Assembly (NCBI GenBank): GCA_048882045.1
Contig: JBHLRZ010000011.1
Location: forward strand, 1-64,000
DNA length: 64,000 nt
Reading direction: 5' to 3'
Source: Candidatus Thorarchaeota archaeon
GTDB taxonomy: Archaea; Asgardarchaeota; Thorarchaeia; Thorarchaeales; Thorarchaeaceae
Every line of letters starts with the position of its first letter. Position 1 is the stretch's first letter. Positions 39,828 to 48,348 of the stretch are shown piece after piece. The position numbers were made by a program, and so were the translations under genes. The notes beneath the pieces were generated by a model. The model did not search any database. It saw only the letters and a list, made by a program, of their open reading frames with translations, and was not told the DNA's origin.

Positions 39828-40631
39828 TCATAGTGTATTTGCATAGTCAAGGGCCAGTCTGATTCTCTCTTTCAGGAGCTCAGCGGACTTTTCTACAATC
39901 TCTTCAGGAGTGAGTGCACCTGTGGACTCTACCTTGAACAGAAAACTGTCTTTCTTGGAATCAATTGTTATTGCTCCAGGCTCGCAGACTTCCACACAAG
40001 CCTCACAGAGACTGCAATCTAGGGTGTTCTGTGTTGATATTGTATCACCCTCAACTCGGAAGATGTTTTTTGGACACACGCCAACACAATCTCCACACTG
40101 GGTGCATTTCTTCTTGTTCACTTCGACTATGGGTACATATTTGTATGAAACCGTTGATACTGGCTGGAATTTCGCGTTTTCCACACCCTTGCCAAGTCTG
40201 GCGTATGCTTCGATAATCAGACGTTGACCTGGGGCCAGCTTCACCAGGGGAATATCACCTGATGCAGGAACTACCTTTGGGTCTTGTGAGGATAGGTTGC
40301 TGGAATTGACAATCTTATCCTCATCGTCCTCAGCTGTTTCCTCAAGCGTGAGAGTACATTGACACAGGCTGCAGCCTTTACCTTCGCATTCGCAATCTTC
40401 TGGCAAGTTGTAGCTCTCGAGATCTGTTACGAGGGGAATCAGTCCTAGTCTATGTGCAAGCATCTCATCATACATGACGCTCGTATTTTCTAGAACTAGA
40501 ACCTCATCTATAGCCATTGAGGGCAATCTAGTAAGCATTGTCCTGCGTAGTGCGTTTGCAAAAGCAACATCCACTCCTTCTACAAGGAAGTGAATTATGT
40601 TGTCTTCTTTGTGGATTATTGTAATTTCCAT
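39828..40631 (-). CDS. rpoD: RNA polymerase subunit D (Rpo3) with ferredoxin-like Fe-S domain
   Basis: ANALRR, DEMLAHRLGLIP, two CxxCxxCxxxCP motifs. Confidence 0.97.
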   Translation of the reverse strand: MEITIIHKEDNIIHFLVEGVDVAFANALRRTMLTRLPSMAIDEVLVLENTSVMYDEMLAHRLGLIPLVTDLESYNLPEDCECEGKGCSLCQCTLTLEETAEDDEDKIVNSSNLSSQDPKVVPASGDIPLVKLAPGQRLIIEAYARLGKGVENAKFQPVSTVSYKYVPIVEVNKKKCTQCGDCVGVCPKNIFRVEGDTISTQNTLDCSLCEACVEVCEPGAITIDSKKDSFLFKVESTGALTPEEIVEKSAELLKERIRLALDYANTL

Positions 40632-40813
40632 TGGCTCACCTGACCGCAGAGGTTTGTTCACCCAAAAGACATTCTTACCGGGACGGACTCGCCATATGAC
40701 TGTGATGCCAAATGGCTCACTCGCCCATGCCCTGGGCGTCTTCGCCTGCTTTGTCTGAACATAAAAGGCTTGTCCTACGTCTGATTATAGAAAAACTGGA
40801 ACGAATCTTTGAA

Positions 40814-41311
40814 CTATGAAGCTATCTGTGAAATGTCCTTTAGCCCATTAACAATTAGTTTGTATCCATTTAGTCGTTGCTTTGGATCGATTGCAACCAT
40901 TCCAAAGGTAGGTACTCCAAGAAGGTCCTGTACTGATTCGGGTCTCATCGATCCTGGAAGGTCCTGTTTGTTCGCTATGGCAATGACCTTCACCCCAAGG
41001 AGCTGGTTTTTGTACTTTTCAAGTAGCTGGCGCGTCTTTAATACGGCTTTAGGATAACTCTCAGTGACTATGACGACCATCCTACTGCCTTTCATGAAGT
41101 CGGCCCAAAGAAATTCAAAATGAGATTGGCCACCCATCTCAATCAGCGATGCTTTTGTGTTACCATCAATTGTGATTGTCCCACAACTCATACCTGCAGT
41201 CGGCTGATAATTGACTTCCAGTTTTTGCGTGCTGTCCGTGAGTAGTTTGATCAGCGTGGATTTACCCGCATAACCGGAACCCATCAGGGCAACCTTGACA
41301 TATTGTGTCAT
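40814..41311 (-). CDS. Small Ras-superfamily GTPase (Arf-like)
   Basis: G1 GSGYAGKST, G2 PT, G3 variant EMGGQ, G4 NKQD; start set at ATG 41311. Confidence 0.85.
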   Translation of the reverse strand: MTQYVKVALMGSGYAGKSTLIKLLTDSTQKLEVNYQPTAGMSCGTITIDGNTKASLIEMGGQSHFEFLWADFMKGSRMVVIVTESYPKAVLKTRQLLEKYKNQLLGVKVIAIANKQDLPGSMRPESVQDLLGVPTFGMVAIDPKQRLNGYKLIVNGLKDISQIAS

Positions 41312-41495
41312 GTGAGTTGACTCCAAGTTTAGGGAGTTTAGACAGCGTATAGGTTGGAGTATTTCGGGGGTAACACTCGCTCTATAACCATCCACCTTCT
41401 CATAGTCTACTTAAGAATAATGAAACTATCAAGAAAAACGCGCGATAGAAGGCCTTAACTGGCAAATAGATTCTGCAAAGGCGCGAGCTGATGAG

Positions 41496-42488
41496 ATGTC
41501 CTCGAAAGAGCCAGAAATCATTGTAATCGATGATAACGCCTTAGAGGAACTTGGAATTTTGATGAAAGACTACAAGAATCCACTTTGTGTCACTGACGAA
41601 CTAATCAAGGGAGAGTACTCGCATCATTTGGAGAAGGCCATAGGTTCTTCATGCAAGTGGTTTATGGCTGACAAGTATCGTGCGCACTCCAACACGGTGC
41701 TTGGGAACATAGACATTATCCTCGGATTTGGAGGTGGGAGCAGTCTAGATGTGGCAAAACTTACAGCAAGGGATACTGGCCTGAGCTGGATTGCCATACC
41801 AACTGCAGCATCCCATGATGGTATCGCAAGCGAAGTTGCTTCAGTGAGCCATAATGGGTACAAATACTCAGTGAAATGCAAAGGACCTGTGGCGGTGTTT
41901 GCGGACACTTCAATCATATCCAAGGCACCACCTATGTTGAAACTGGCTGGACTTGGTGATATAATCTGTAAGACTTCAAGCCTAGCAGAATGGAAGATGG
42001 CGCATAAAATCAAGAATGAGCCATTTGATAGCGAGGTCTATTCAATTGTTGATAATGCATTGAATGCTGTCTTCACAGATGATAGTCTTGAAACATTAAT
42101 TATGGCAGAGATAGATGCAGGACGTGCTATGAGTATCTTTGGGAGTTCCCGACCGTGTTCAGGAACAGAACATGCAATATCTCATGCATTGGATAGGGTG
42201 AGTGGTAAGCTTCATGGACTTCAAGTAGCCTTTGCGACTCCTCTCTGTCTTCACTATCTCAAAGAAGCAGGATATACTTCCTACACACCACAAGATCTGA
42301 AGACCTACATGTCTGATAGACAGATGCCCACAACCCTAGAAGAGATTTCCATTTCAATTGGACAGTTCATTGATGCCATCAATCAGGGACTAAAAATCAT
42401 GGACAAGCGAGATCGGTATTCGATTCTTAGACACATGGAAGTAGATGAGTCGTCGTTGAGAGATACGATTACCAACCTCGGATACTGA
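41496..42488 (+). CDS. egsA: sn-glycerol-1-phosphate dehydrogenase
   Basis: GGGSSLDVAK, PTAASHDGIAS, SSRPCSGTEH.ISHA, LHG.QV. Confidence 0.9.
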   Translation: MSSKEPEIIVIDDNALEELGILMKDYKNPLCVTDELIKGEYSHHLEKAIGSSCKWFMADKYRAHSNTVLGNIDIILGFGGGSSLDVAKLTARDTGLSWIAIPTAASHDGIASEVASVSHNGYKYSVKCKGPVAVFADTSIISKAPPMLKLAGLGDIICKTSSLAEWKMAHKIKNEPFDSEVYSIVDNALNAVFTDDSLETLIMAEIDAGRAMSIFGSSRPCSGTEHAISHALDRVSGKLHGLQVAFATPLCLHYLKEAGYTSYTPQDLKTYMSDRQMPTTLEEISISIGQFIDAINQGLKIMDKRDRYSILRHMEVDESSLRDTITNLGY

Positions 42489-42570
42489 GGTGTTGCTTCG
42501 ACAGTTTTAAAAGAAGTTAGAATGACGGCGCAGAAGAGTCTGTTCGTGAAGGACAGGTCTTGGTAGAATA

Positions 42571-42596
42571 TGCCGATGAAGAACTAAACTGAGGTA
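42571..42596 (+). promoter_or_regulatory. Kink-turn in the rpl7ae 5' UTR overlapping the SD sequence
   Basis: TGCC-GAT-GA-AG-AACTAAA-CT-GA-GGTA gives C-stem, 3-nt bulge, tandem G.A/A.G pairs; GAGGT lies in the D strand. Confidence 0.75.
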
Positions 42597-42603
42597 AACA
42601 ATT

Positions 42604-42975
42604 ATGCCAAAGCCAAGTTTTGTAGAATGGGAACCCACTGATGAACTTCAAAAGAAGGCCCTTGAGGCTCTAGAGATTGCCAAAGACACAGGTCGGATTA
42701 AGAAAGGTATCAACGAAGCGACAAAGAGTATCGAGCGTGGTATTGCACGACTGGTAGTAATTGCTGAGGATGTTGAACCTCAAGAGGTCATCATGTATCT
42801 CCCCGGTCTCTGTGACGACAAGAAAGCACCTTACATCTTCGTGAAAAGCAAAGCAGATCTTGGAAACGCTGCTGGTATTGAGCGACCAACTGCTGCAGTA
42901 GCAATCATCGTAGACGGCAAGGCAAAGGAATTGGTTGATGATCTTGTTGAGAAGATCAACGGCCTTCGTAAGTAA
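42604..42975 (+). CDS. rpl7ae: Ribosomal protein L7Ae
   Basis: KKGINEATKSIERG, IAEDVEP, LGNAAG. Confidence 0.97.
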   Translation: MPKPSFVEWEPTDELQKKALEALEIAKDTGRIKKGINEATKSIERGIARLVVIAEDVEPQEVIMYLPGLCDDKKAPYIFVKSKADLGNAAGIERPTAAVAIIVDGKAKELVDDLVEKINGLRK

Positions 42976-42995
42976 GACTCAGGTGATTGTTTCCG

Positions 42996-43220
42996 ATGAG
43001 TAAAGATGAAGAAACTACCCCTTCAATTCCTGCTGAAGTGATTCAGCTTCTAGGAAGGACTGGAGTGACTGGTGAAATTACTCAGGTCCGGGTTAAGATC
43101 CTAGATGGGAGAGACAAGGGCCGAGTGCTTACTCGGAACGTGAAGGGACCGATCAGAATGGGTGATATACTCATACTGAGGGAAACTGAGCGTGAAGCCC
43201 GTAAAATGAGGAGGCGCTAG
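42996..43220 (+). CDS. rps28e: Ribosomal protein S28e
   Basis: [29 protein letters not shown]. Confidence 0.97.
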   Translation: MSKDEETTPSIPAEVIQLLGRTGVTGEITQVRVKILDGRDKGRVLTRNVKGPIRMGDILILRETEREARKMRRR

Positions 43221-43222
43221 AT

Positions 43223-43423
43223 ATGGTCGGCACACAGAAATGTTCGTTCTGTGGCAGGGACATTGAACCAGGTACTGGGTCAGCTTTTGTGCAGACAAAG
43301 GATGGAGCTGTATCATGGTTCTGCTCAAACAAGTGTAAAACAAATCGACTGAAACGCCGCTTAAAGCCTAGAGATACAAAATGGACTGCAGGCTACGAGA
43401 AAGGCGGCAAGGCAGCTCGTTAG
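43223..43423 (+). CDS. rpl24e: Ribosomal protein L24e
   Basis: CSFCG..IEPGTG, FCSNKC, KWT. Confidence 0.97.
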   Translation: MVGTQKCSFCGRDIEPGTGSAFVQTKDGAVSWFCSNKCKTNRLKRRLKPRDTKWTAGYEKGGKAAR

Positions 43424-43442
43424 AATAAAGAAATGAACCAAA

Positions 43443-43460
43443 GGTGGCTAATAAGCCACC
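43443..43460. terminator. Perfect hairpin between convergent rpl24e and ndk
   Basis: GGTGGCT-AATA-AGCCACC. Confidence 0.6.
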
Positions 43461-43471
43461 CGAGGTTTCAG

Positions 43472-44143
43472 CTATTCCTTTTCGATCTCTTCTTTTACAA
43501 AGTCAAAAATCACTGTTCCAAGATTTCTGATTTCTTCTGAACTTATTCCCTTGGCGTCTTTTCCAAGAAACCTAATCAACGAGTCTAGGACAGATTCAGA
43601 TGTGTCACGGTTCTCAATTGCGTTCTTGACAACTTTCCGAATCTGCATAGTAAAATCAACATCACCTGAGATGTATTGCTCAACGTAGTCTTTTGCTATA
43701 CTTTCCGCATCTGAAGTTTCCATGAGACCTCCCTCATTTGTCCATAGATCAATCTCCTTAGTTGCAGTTTCTGGAGCATCAGAAGCATGTGCAATGTTGA
43801 TACCAGCCCAAATGCCATATTTCCCTCTGAGTGATGATGGGTCGGCTTTCTGGACAAAGGTTGCCCCAAGTGCATCTCGAACTCCTTGAATCACATCATC
43901 AGCCTCAAAGATTATTGCAAGCACTGGTGCAGAGGATATGAAATCGACCAACCAGGAGAAGAAGGGTTTCTCTTTGTGTACTGCGTAGTGAAGCTTTGCT
44001 AGAGATTCGGGCACCTTCATCTCACTGAATGCACGTACTTTGTAGCCCCGGTCCATCAATGCTTTCAACACCAATGCACTGACTGTCCGACGGGCTGTCC
44101 CATCTGGTTTGATTATGACAAACGAGCGTTCCAACGGTTTCAC
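43472..44143 (-). CDS. ndk: Nucleoside diphosphate kinase with C-terminal extension
   Basis: ERSFVIIKPDG, HYAVHKEKPFF, SLRG, catalytic NIAHASD. Confidence 0.9.
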   Translation of the reverse strand: MKPLERSFVIIKPDGTARRTVSALVLKALMDRGYKVRAFSEMKVPESLAKLHYAVHKEKPFFSWLVDFISSAPVLAIIFEADDVIQGVRDALGATFVQKADPSSLRGKYGIWAGINIAHASDAPETATKEIDLWTNEGGLMETSDAESIAKDYVEQYISGDVDFTMQIRKVVKNAIENRDTSESVLDSLIRFLGKDAKGISSEEIRNLGTVIFDFVKEEIEKE

Positions 44144-44293
44144 CTATTCTAATTGATACACGAATCAGGTATCCTCGACCCTCGCGAGATTGAACGTGAA
44201 TATAACACATTTCATTGGACAGTGTCTGACAAAATCGACACTTTCATAACTGTAGCCCGTTGTCCCTCAGCAATTCCTTGTGAGGTGCACGCG

Positions 44294-46075
44294 ATGAGTG
44301 AGAAACGGAAGCTTCGCTCCCCAATCGTTACCGTTCTTGGACACATAGATCATGGAAAGACCTCATTGCTCGATAAAATGCGTGGAACAGGAGTCCAAGA
44401 TAGAGAGGCTGCTGGAATCACTCAACACATTGGAGCCTCATTCTTCCCAACTGAAACGATTCTTTCCATCTGCGGCGAACTCTTGAAGTCTGTCAATACC
44501 GAACTCACGATTGATGGTCTGCTCTTCATAGATACACCTGGCCATGAGGCATATCTTAACCTCAGACGGAGGGGAGGGGCTATAGCAGACATTGCAATAC
44601 TCGTGGTGGACATAAACGAGGGACCTCTCACTCAGTCCTACGAGTCCCTCAAGATTCTTCGCTCAGGAAAGACTCCGTTTCTTATAGCAGCAAACAAACT
44701 CGACAAGGTCCCAGGATGGAGAGACAAACCAGGTATGACTCTTTTTCAGGCAATCAAAGCACAGTCACAGTCTACCCAGAATGAGATTGATAGACGTCTG
44801 TATGAGATTGTGGGTGCTCTCTCAGCTAATGGTATCCAATCAGAACGATTTGACCGTGTTGAGGACTTCAGAAAGACCGTAGCCATCGTTCCCACAAGCG
44901 CCAAGACCGGGGACGGAATTCCAGAGCTTCTCATGGTATTATCAGGCCTGACCCAACAGTACATGCAGGAACGATTGAGAGTATCAAAGGGTCCAGCTAG
45001 AGGGGCAATCCTTGAAGTTCGCGAAGAAACCGGATTGGGACTGACTCTTGACACAATTATCTATGATGGTGTCTTGAGTAAGACTGATACAGTGGTCGTG
45101 GGCGGACTGGATGACGTCATTGTAGCGAAGATACGGGCGTTATTGCAACCAAAACCCCTAGACGAGATTCGAGACCCCAAGGAGAAGTTCACTCAGGTCG
45201 ATAAAGTCCATGCAGCTGCAGGTGTCAAGATTGTCGCTCCCGATATCGAAGGTGCAGTTGCAGGTGCTCCTGTCTACGCGGTGCCCGATCTCCAAAAACT
45301 CGATGAAATCAAACAACGAGTCAGAGATGAGGTGGGTGCGATACGAATCCAAACGGACAAGTCAGGCATAGTTTTGAAGACTGATACTCTTGGCTCGTTG
45401 GAAGCAGTCACACAATTTCTGCAGGAACGAAAGGTTCCAGTAAGAGCAGCTGATGTGGGTCCAATTGTTAAACGTGACATCATAGAAGCCCAAGCTTCAG
45501 GTGATACTGATCCATTGAATGCAGTGGTACTAGGTTTCAATGTCAAGTTTGCTCCGGGCATAGAGGATCTTGCAGCTGAATTGGGCGTTGAAACTTTTCT
45601 GAATGAAGTCATATATCGTTTGTATGATGACTACAACGCTTGGTTGATTGTTAAGAGAGAACAAGAAAAAGCCGAATCACTGAGCTCCATTATCAGACCA
45701 GGGAAAATAGAACTCATGCCAGACTATGTTTTTCGACATAGTAATCCAGCGGTTGTAGGTGTGAAGGTCTATGGCATGATTCGACCTAGAACCACATTAA
45801 TCAACGAAGAGGGCAAACGAGTAGGCACAATTCTACAGATTCAAGACAGAAGCGTCACGATTGACGAGGCCACGGAGGGTATGGAAGTTGCTGTTTCAAT
45901 CCGTGGACCGACAATCGGGAGACAGGTGAAAGACACTGAGATTCTCTATACTGACATTCCTGACAAGCATGTTTTGGCAATCAGAAAGAAGTTCATGGAT
46001 GATCTCTCACAGTCAGAACAGGAAGTCCTGGAAGAATTCACAACCATCAAACGAGCAGCTGGGGCTTTTATCTAA
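44294..46075 (+). CDS. infB: Translation initiation factor aIF5B (IF-2)
   Basis: RSPIVTVLGHIDHGKT, ITQHIGA, DTPGHE, NKLD; ATG 44294 after GAGGTG. Confidence 0.97.
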   Translation: MSEKRKLRSPIVTVLGHIDHGKTSLLDKMRGTGVQDREAAGITQHIGASFFPTETILSICGELLKSVNTELTIDGLLFIDTPGHEAYLNLRRRGGAIADIAILVVDINEGPLTQSYESLKILRSGKTPFLIAANKLDKVPGWRDKPGMTLFQAIKAQSQSTQNEIDRRLYEIVGALSANGIQSERFDRVEDFRKTVAIVPTSAKTGDGIPELLMVLSGLTQQYMQERLRVSKGPARGAILEVREETGLGLTLDTIIYDGVLSKTDTVVVGGLDDVIVAKIRALLQPKPLDEIRDPKEKFTQVDKVHAAAGVKIVAPDIEGAVAGAPVYAVPDLQKLDEIKQRVRDEVGAIRIQTDKSGIVLKTDTLGSLEAVTQFLQERKVPVRAADVGPIVKRDIIEAQASGDTDPLNAVVLGFNVKFAPGIEDLAAELGVETFLNEVIYRLYDDYNAWLIVKREQEKAESLSSIIRPGKIELMPDYVFRHSNPAVVGVKVYGMIRPRTTLINEEGKRVGTILQIQDRSVTIDEATEGMEVAVSIRGPTIGRQVKDTEILYTDIPDKHVLAIRKKFMDDLSQSEQEVLEEFTTIKRAAGAFI

Positions 46076-46111
46076 CTAAACGTTTTTAGGCAGTTCGGGA
46101 AAAAGGTCGAA

Positions 46112-46424
46112 TGCAGCGGGTAGGGCGGGCCGTTTGCCGCGGTCGCGACCACATGGCACTAGTGGCGCCAGTAACCTCGTGGAGGATGAAACCCAATCAC
46201 GAAGAGTTTCGCTGTGGGACTGTGATTAGCAGTCTCTGGAGTCTGTTACAGACATAGCAGCATTCGTAGGTTTGTTGTGATTGTCTTAGATTTCCGAACC
46301 GGGTCAGGCCCTGGCGGGAACAGCCCTAAGGATAGGTAGTGGAGCCCCAGAGGGCGCTGCTTTGAGAAACACTGCGAGCTAACTCAGCGTGAGAAGGACA
46401 TTCGATACATCAGGGGCTGCTGCA
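46112..46424 (+). ncRNA. ffs: Archaeal SRP (7S) RNA, about 313 nt
   Basis: Terminal helix TGCAGCGG/CTGCTGCA, Alu-like 5' region with GTAAC, helix 6 GTAG loop, helix 8 GAACCGGGTCAGGCCC...CAGCCCTAAG. Confidence 0.85.
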
Positions 46425-46431
46425 CCCTCTA

Positions 46432-47514
46432 TTATTCTTCCTTCAAAATCGAGTCTATCTTCTCAACACACTCGTCGTAAGGCAGTCTCCAGCTTTCTGA
46501 CTCTTCACTGTACATGTCAATGAGGTGACAGTATCCTTTGTGGGTATAGTCCACAAGAAACTGAACGAACATCTCGTCCGTGTACTCTTTCAGACCTCGG
46601 AGATGTTTCAGAAACACGTTGGTTTCGGTTGATGGTAAATGGACTTGTACAAAGAAGTGACTACTGCTTTCCATTGTAATCTGATGGTAGAAAGGTAGTT
46701 TGTCAAACCAGAGTAGAATCTTCTTCGCATCCTTTGATTTGAAGAAACACATGACTGTCATGCCTGACTCTGTAAAAGGCTTCATGACGAGTTTATAGCC
46801 TCTAATGATGCCAGACTCCTCGAGTTTCTTGACCCGATTGTGTACCTGTGGTTGTGACAGGTCCAGAATCTCCCCCAACTCACGCAGTTTGATATCTGGA
46901 TTCTCCACCATATGCCTCAGGATCAGTGTGTCTTTTCCATCGAAACTGACTGTCTGAGGGTACTCCTCCAAGTCCAGTTCAATCTCTTTGGCTCTCGACA
47001 TAATCTTCGGAAGGGATTCAGCCCACTTCTCCCAGTCCCAGTCTTCAATCTCTGAAAGCTTGGCCTCGAATCGCTGATAGTCAACAACATCGAAGAGATA
47101 GTAATCCTCAACCAGTCCTTTCTTCTTGAGATCGGCAGCCAGATCAATTATCACACGTGGAGTGTGGAGGGGATAGACCGAGTATATCAGGAATCCCTCA
47201 TATTTTCCATATGTTGTAGCACTAAAGTAGAATACAGGAATTTCTTCCAGTATCTTCTTGAGTTTTGGTTCTTTAGAAGGAACACTGGTCACGACCAGAA
47301 TGTATTCAGCCAGACCAAGCTTTCGCTCGTGTGTCTGGACCTTTGCCTTGCAGAGAATTCCACTCTCTTTCAGTTTGGAGATACGATATCTGATGGTCCT
47401 GCCAGGCTCATCTAAGTGCTCACTAAGCTCTCGTGTTGAAACCTTCGTGCCATACTCTTCAAGGGCGCGGAGGATCTTTAGGTCTAGGGGATCAAGCGAA
47501 GATTTCAGAGACAT
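46432..47514 (-). CDS. Tandem Lrp/AsnC-type transcriptional regulator
   Basis: Two wHTH-plus-effector-domain units: LDLKILRAL...TIRYRISKLKESGIL and DTLILRHM...VHNRVKKLEESGII. Confidence 0.88.
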   Translation of the reverse strand: MSLKSSLDPLDLKILRALEEYGTKVSTRELSEHLDEPGRTIRYRISKLKESGILCKAKVQTHERKLGLAEYILVVTSVPSKEPKLKKILEEIPVFYFSATTYGKYEGFLIYSVYPLHTPRVIIDLAADLKKKGLVEDYYLFDVVDYQRFEAKLSEIEDWDWEKWAESLPKIMSRAKEIELDLEEYPQTVSFDGKDTLILRHMVENPDIKLRELGEILDLSQPQVHNRVKKLEESGIIRGYKLVMKPFTESGMTVMCFFKSKDAKKILLWFDKLPFYHQITMESSSHFFVQVHLPSTETNVFLKHLRGLKEYTDEMFVQFLVDYTHKGYCHLIDMYSEESESWRLPYDECVEKIDSILKEE

Positions 47515-47565
47515 TGTGGATTATCACCATTCCACGTATTTTACGCTGATGAATATACTTATACT

Positions 47566-47723
47566 TTGGCAAACGTATTTAAAAGTAGTCCTACCAAGAG
47601 TTGATTTTCCTATTAACTATTGGCAGGTTCGTGATTTTTTCTTTGCCCAAATATCGGCCTAAGTATTGGCAATGTTTATATACAAATTGTGCCAGAACTT
47701 TAGTAGGTGCTAAAAAATTGGCA
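47566..47723. promoter_or_regulatory. Divergent promoter region with four TTGGCA sites and TATA box TTTATATA (47675-47682)
   Basis: TTGGCA at 47566, 47620, 47666, 47718; inverted partners at 47592, 47644, 47690. Confidence 0.6.
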
Positions 47724-47831
47724 TTTGCAAAATTAATCAAAAAAATCCGTGCTGAGCCTAATCTGGAGGAGCATCTTCGGCTAAAGTCACAAGTGCGGAC
47801 TGAAGTTTACAGAACCTCTTTCCATAGGTAA
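47718..47831 (+). CDS. 37-aa peptide ending TEVYRTSFHR
   Basis: TATA box, AGGTG 8 nt before TTG, C-terminus shared with next ORF, hairpin downstream. Confidence 0.6.
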   Translation: MAFAKLIKKIRAEPNLEEHLRLKSQVRTEVYRTSFHR

Positions 47832-47874
47832 GCACTAGTCATTCATCTCGAGAAAGAGCCACACCGGTGGTAAC

Positions 47875-47910
47875 GGTCGTGTGCGCTTCACGACCTCTTT
47901 TCTCTTTATT
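47875..47910 (+). terminator. Hairpin plus pyrimidine tract
   Basis: GGTCGTG-N7-CACGACC followed by TCTTTTCTCTTTATT. Confidence 0.6.
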
Positions 47911-47982
47911 CTAGAAATCTGGCGGACAATGCCTCTGAACATCACCTCAACCTTTGTCATAGGAATCTAGAGCGTGATCGCA

Positions 47983-48189
47983 ATGCTTGCAACCACGATA
48001 TACGAGTTCAGTAGAACGGTCATCGAGAGAGTAATTCCAGAGAGAGTCAAGAAACAGAAGATTTTGGAATACAAGGACGCCTCGATTGAGCTCCGTCGTC
48101 ATCTTGCAGCAGAGATTGCAAACAGGGAGTTTGAGCAACGGAAGGACAGAGCACTGACTGAGAACCACAGAACGAGTTTCATCCGGTGA
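47983..48189 (+). CDS. 68-aa small protein ending TENHRTSFIR
   Basis: Helical charged ORF; C-terminal motif shared with 47718 peptide; GTG 47974 is an alternative start. Confidence 0.65.
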   Translation: MLATTIYEFSRTVIERVIPERVKKQKILEYKDASIELRRHLAAEIANREFEQRKDRALTENHRTSFIR

Positions 48190-48274
48190 AATTGCCAGCC
48201 TGCTACCATTCTGTTGAATTATGTACTTGGTCACAATCTTTATGTGAGAATCAAGAGCCGAACGATTTACCGGT

Positions 48275-48298
48275 GCTCAGGTAGCCAAGCCTGGTATG
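48275..48298 (+). pseudogene. 5' fragment of a disrupted tRNA-Ser(GCT)
   Basis: GCTCAGG-TA-GCCAAGCCTGGTATG; acceptor strand complements CCTGAGC at 54153-54159; upstream promoter matches that of the intact tRNA-Ser. Confidence 0.8.
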
Positions 48299-48348
48299 AT
48301 TCCTAGTCAATGCTTATCTTGGAGTTGCATACTAAAGATTCGAGGTTT

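Noticed and set aside
40700-40760. Possible C/D box sRNA upstream of rpoD
   Set aside because: The C box is imperfect (GTGATGC) and no convincing C'/D' boxes are present; more likely leader or promoter sequence.
43212-43221. GGCGCTAGAT as the missing middle piece of the split tRNA-Ser
   Set aside because: It is the rps28e stop region, is not followed by TGCT, and has no splice helices; a 10-nt match is plausible by chance.
47601-47717. Upstream part of the 76-aa ORF
   Set aside because: It spans the TATA box and palindromic sites; TTG 47718 with an SD-like sequence is the better start.
48187-48274. Selenocysteine read-through of the TGA ending the 68-aa ORF
   Set aside because: The paralogous motif ends at TAA in the same position and no SECIS-like hairpin is evident.
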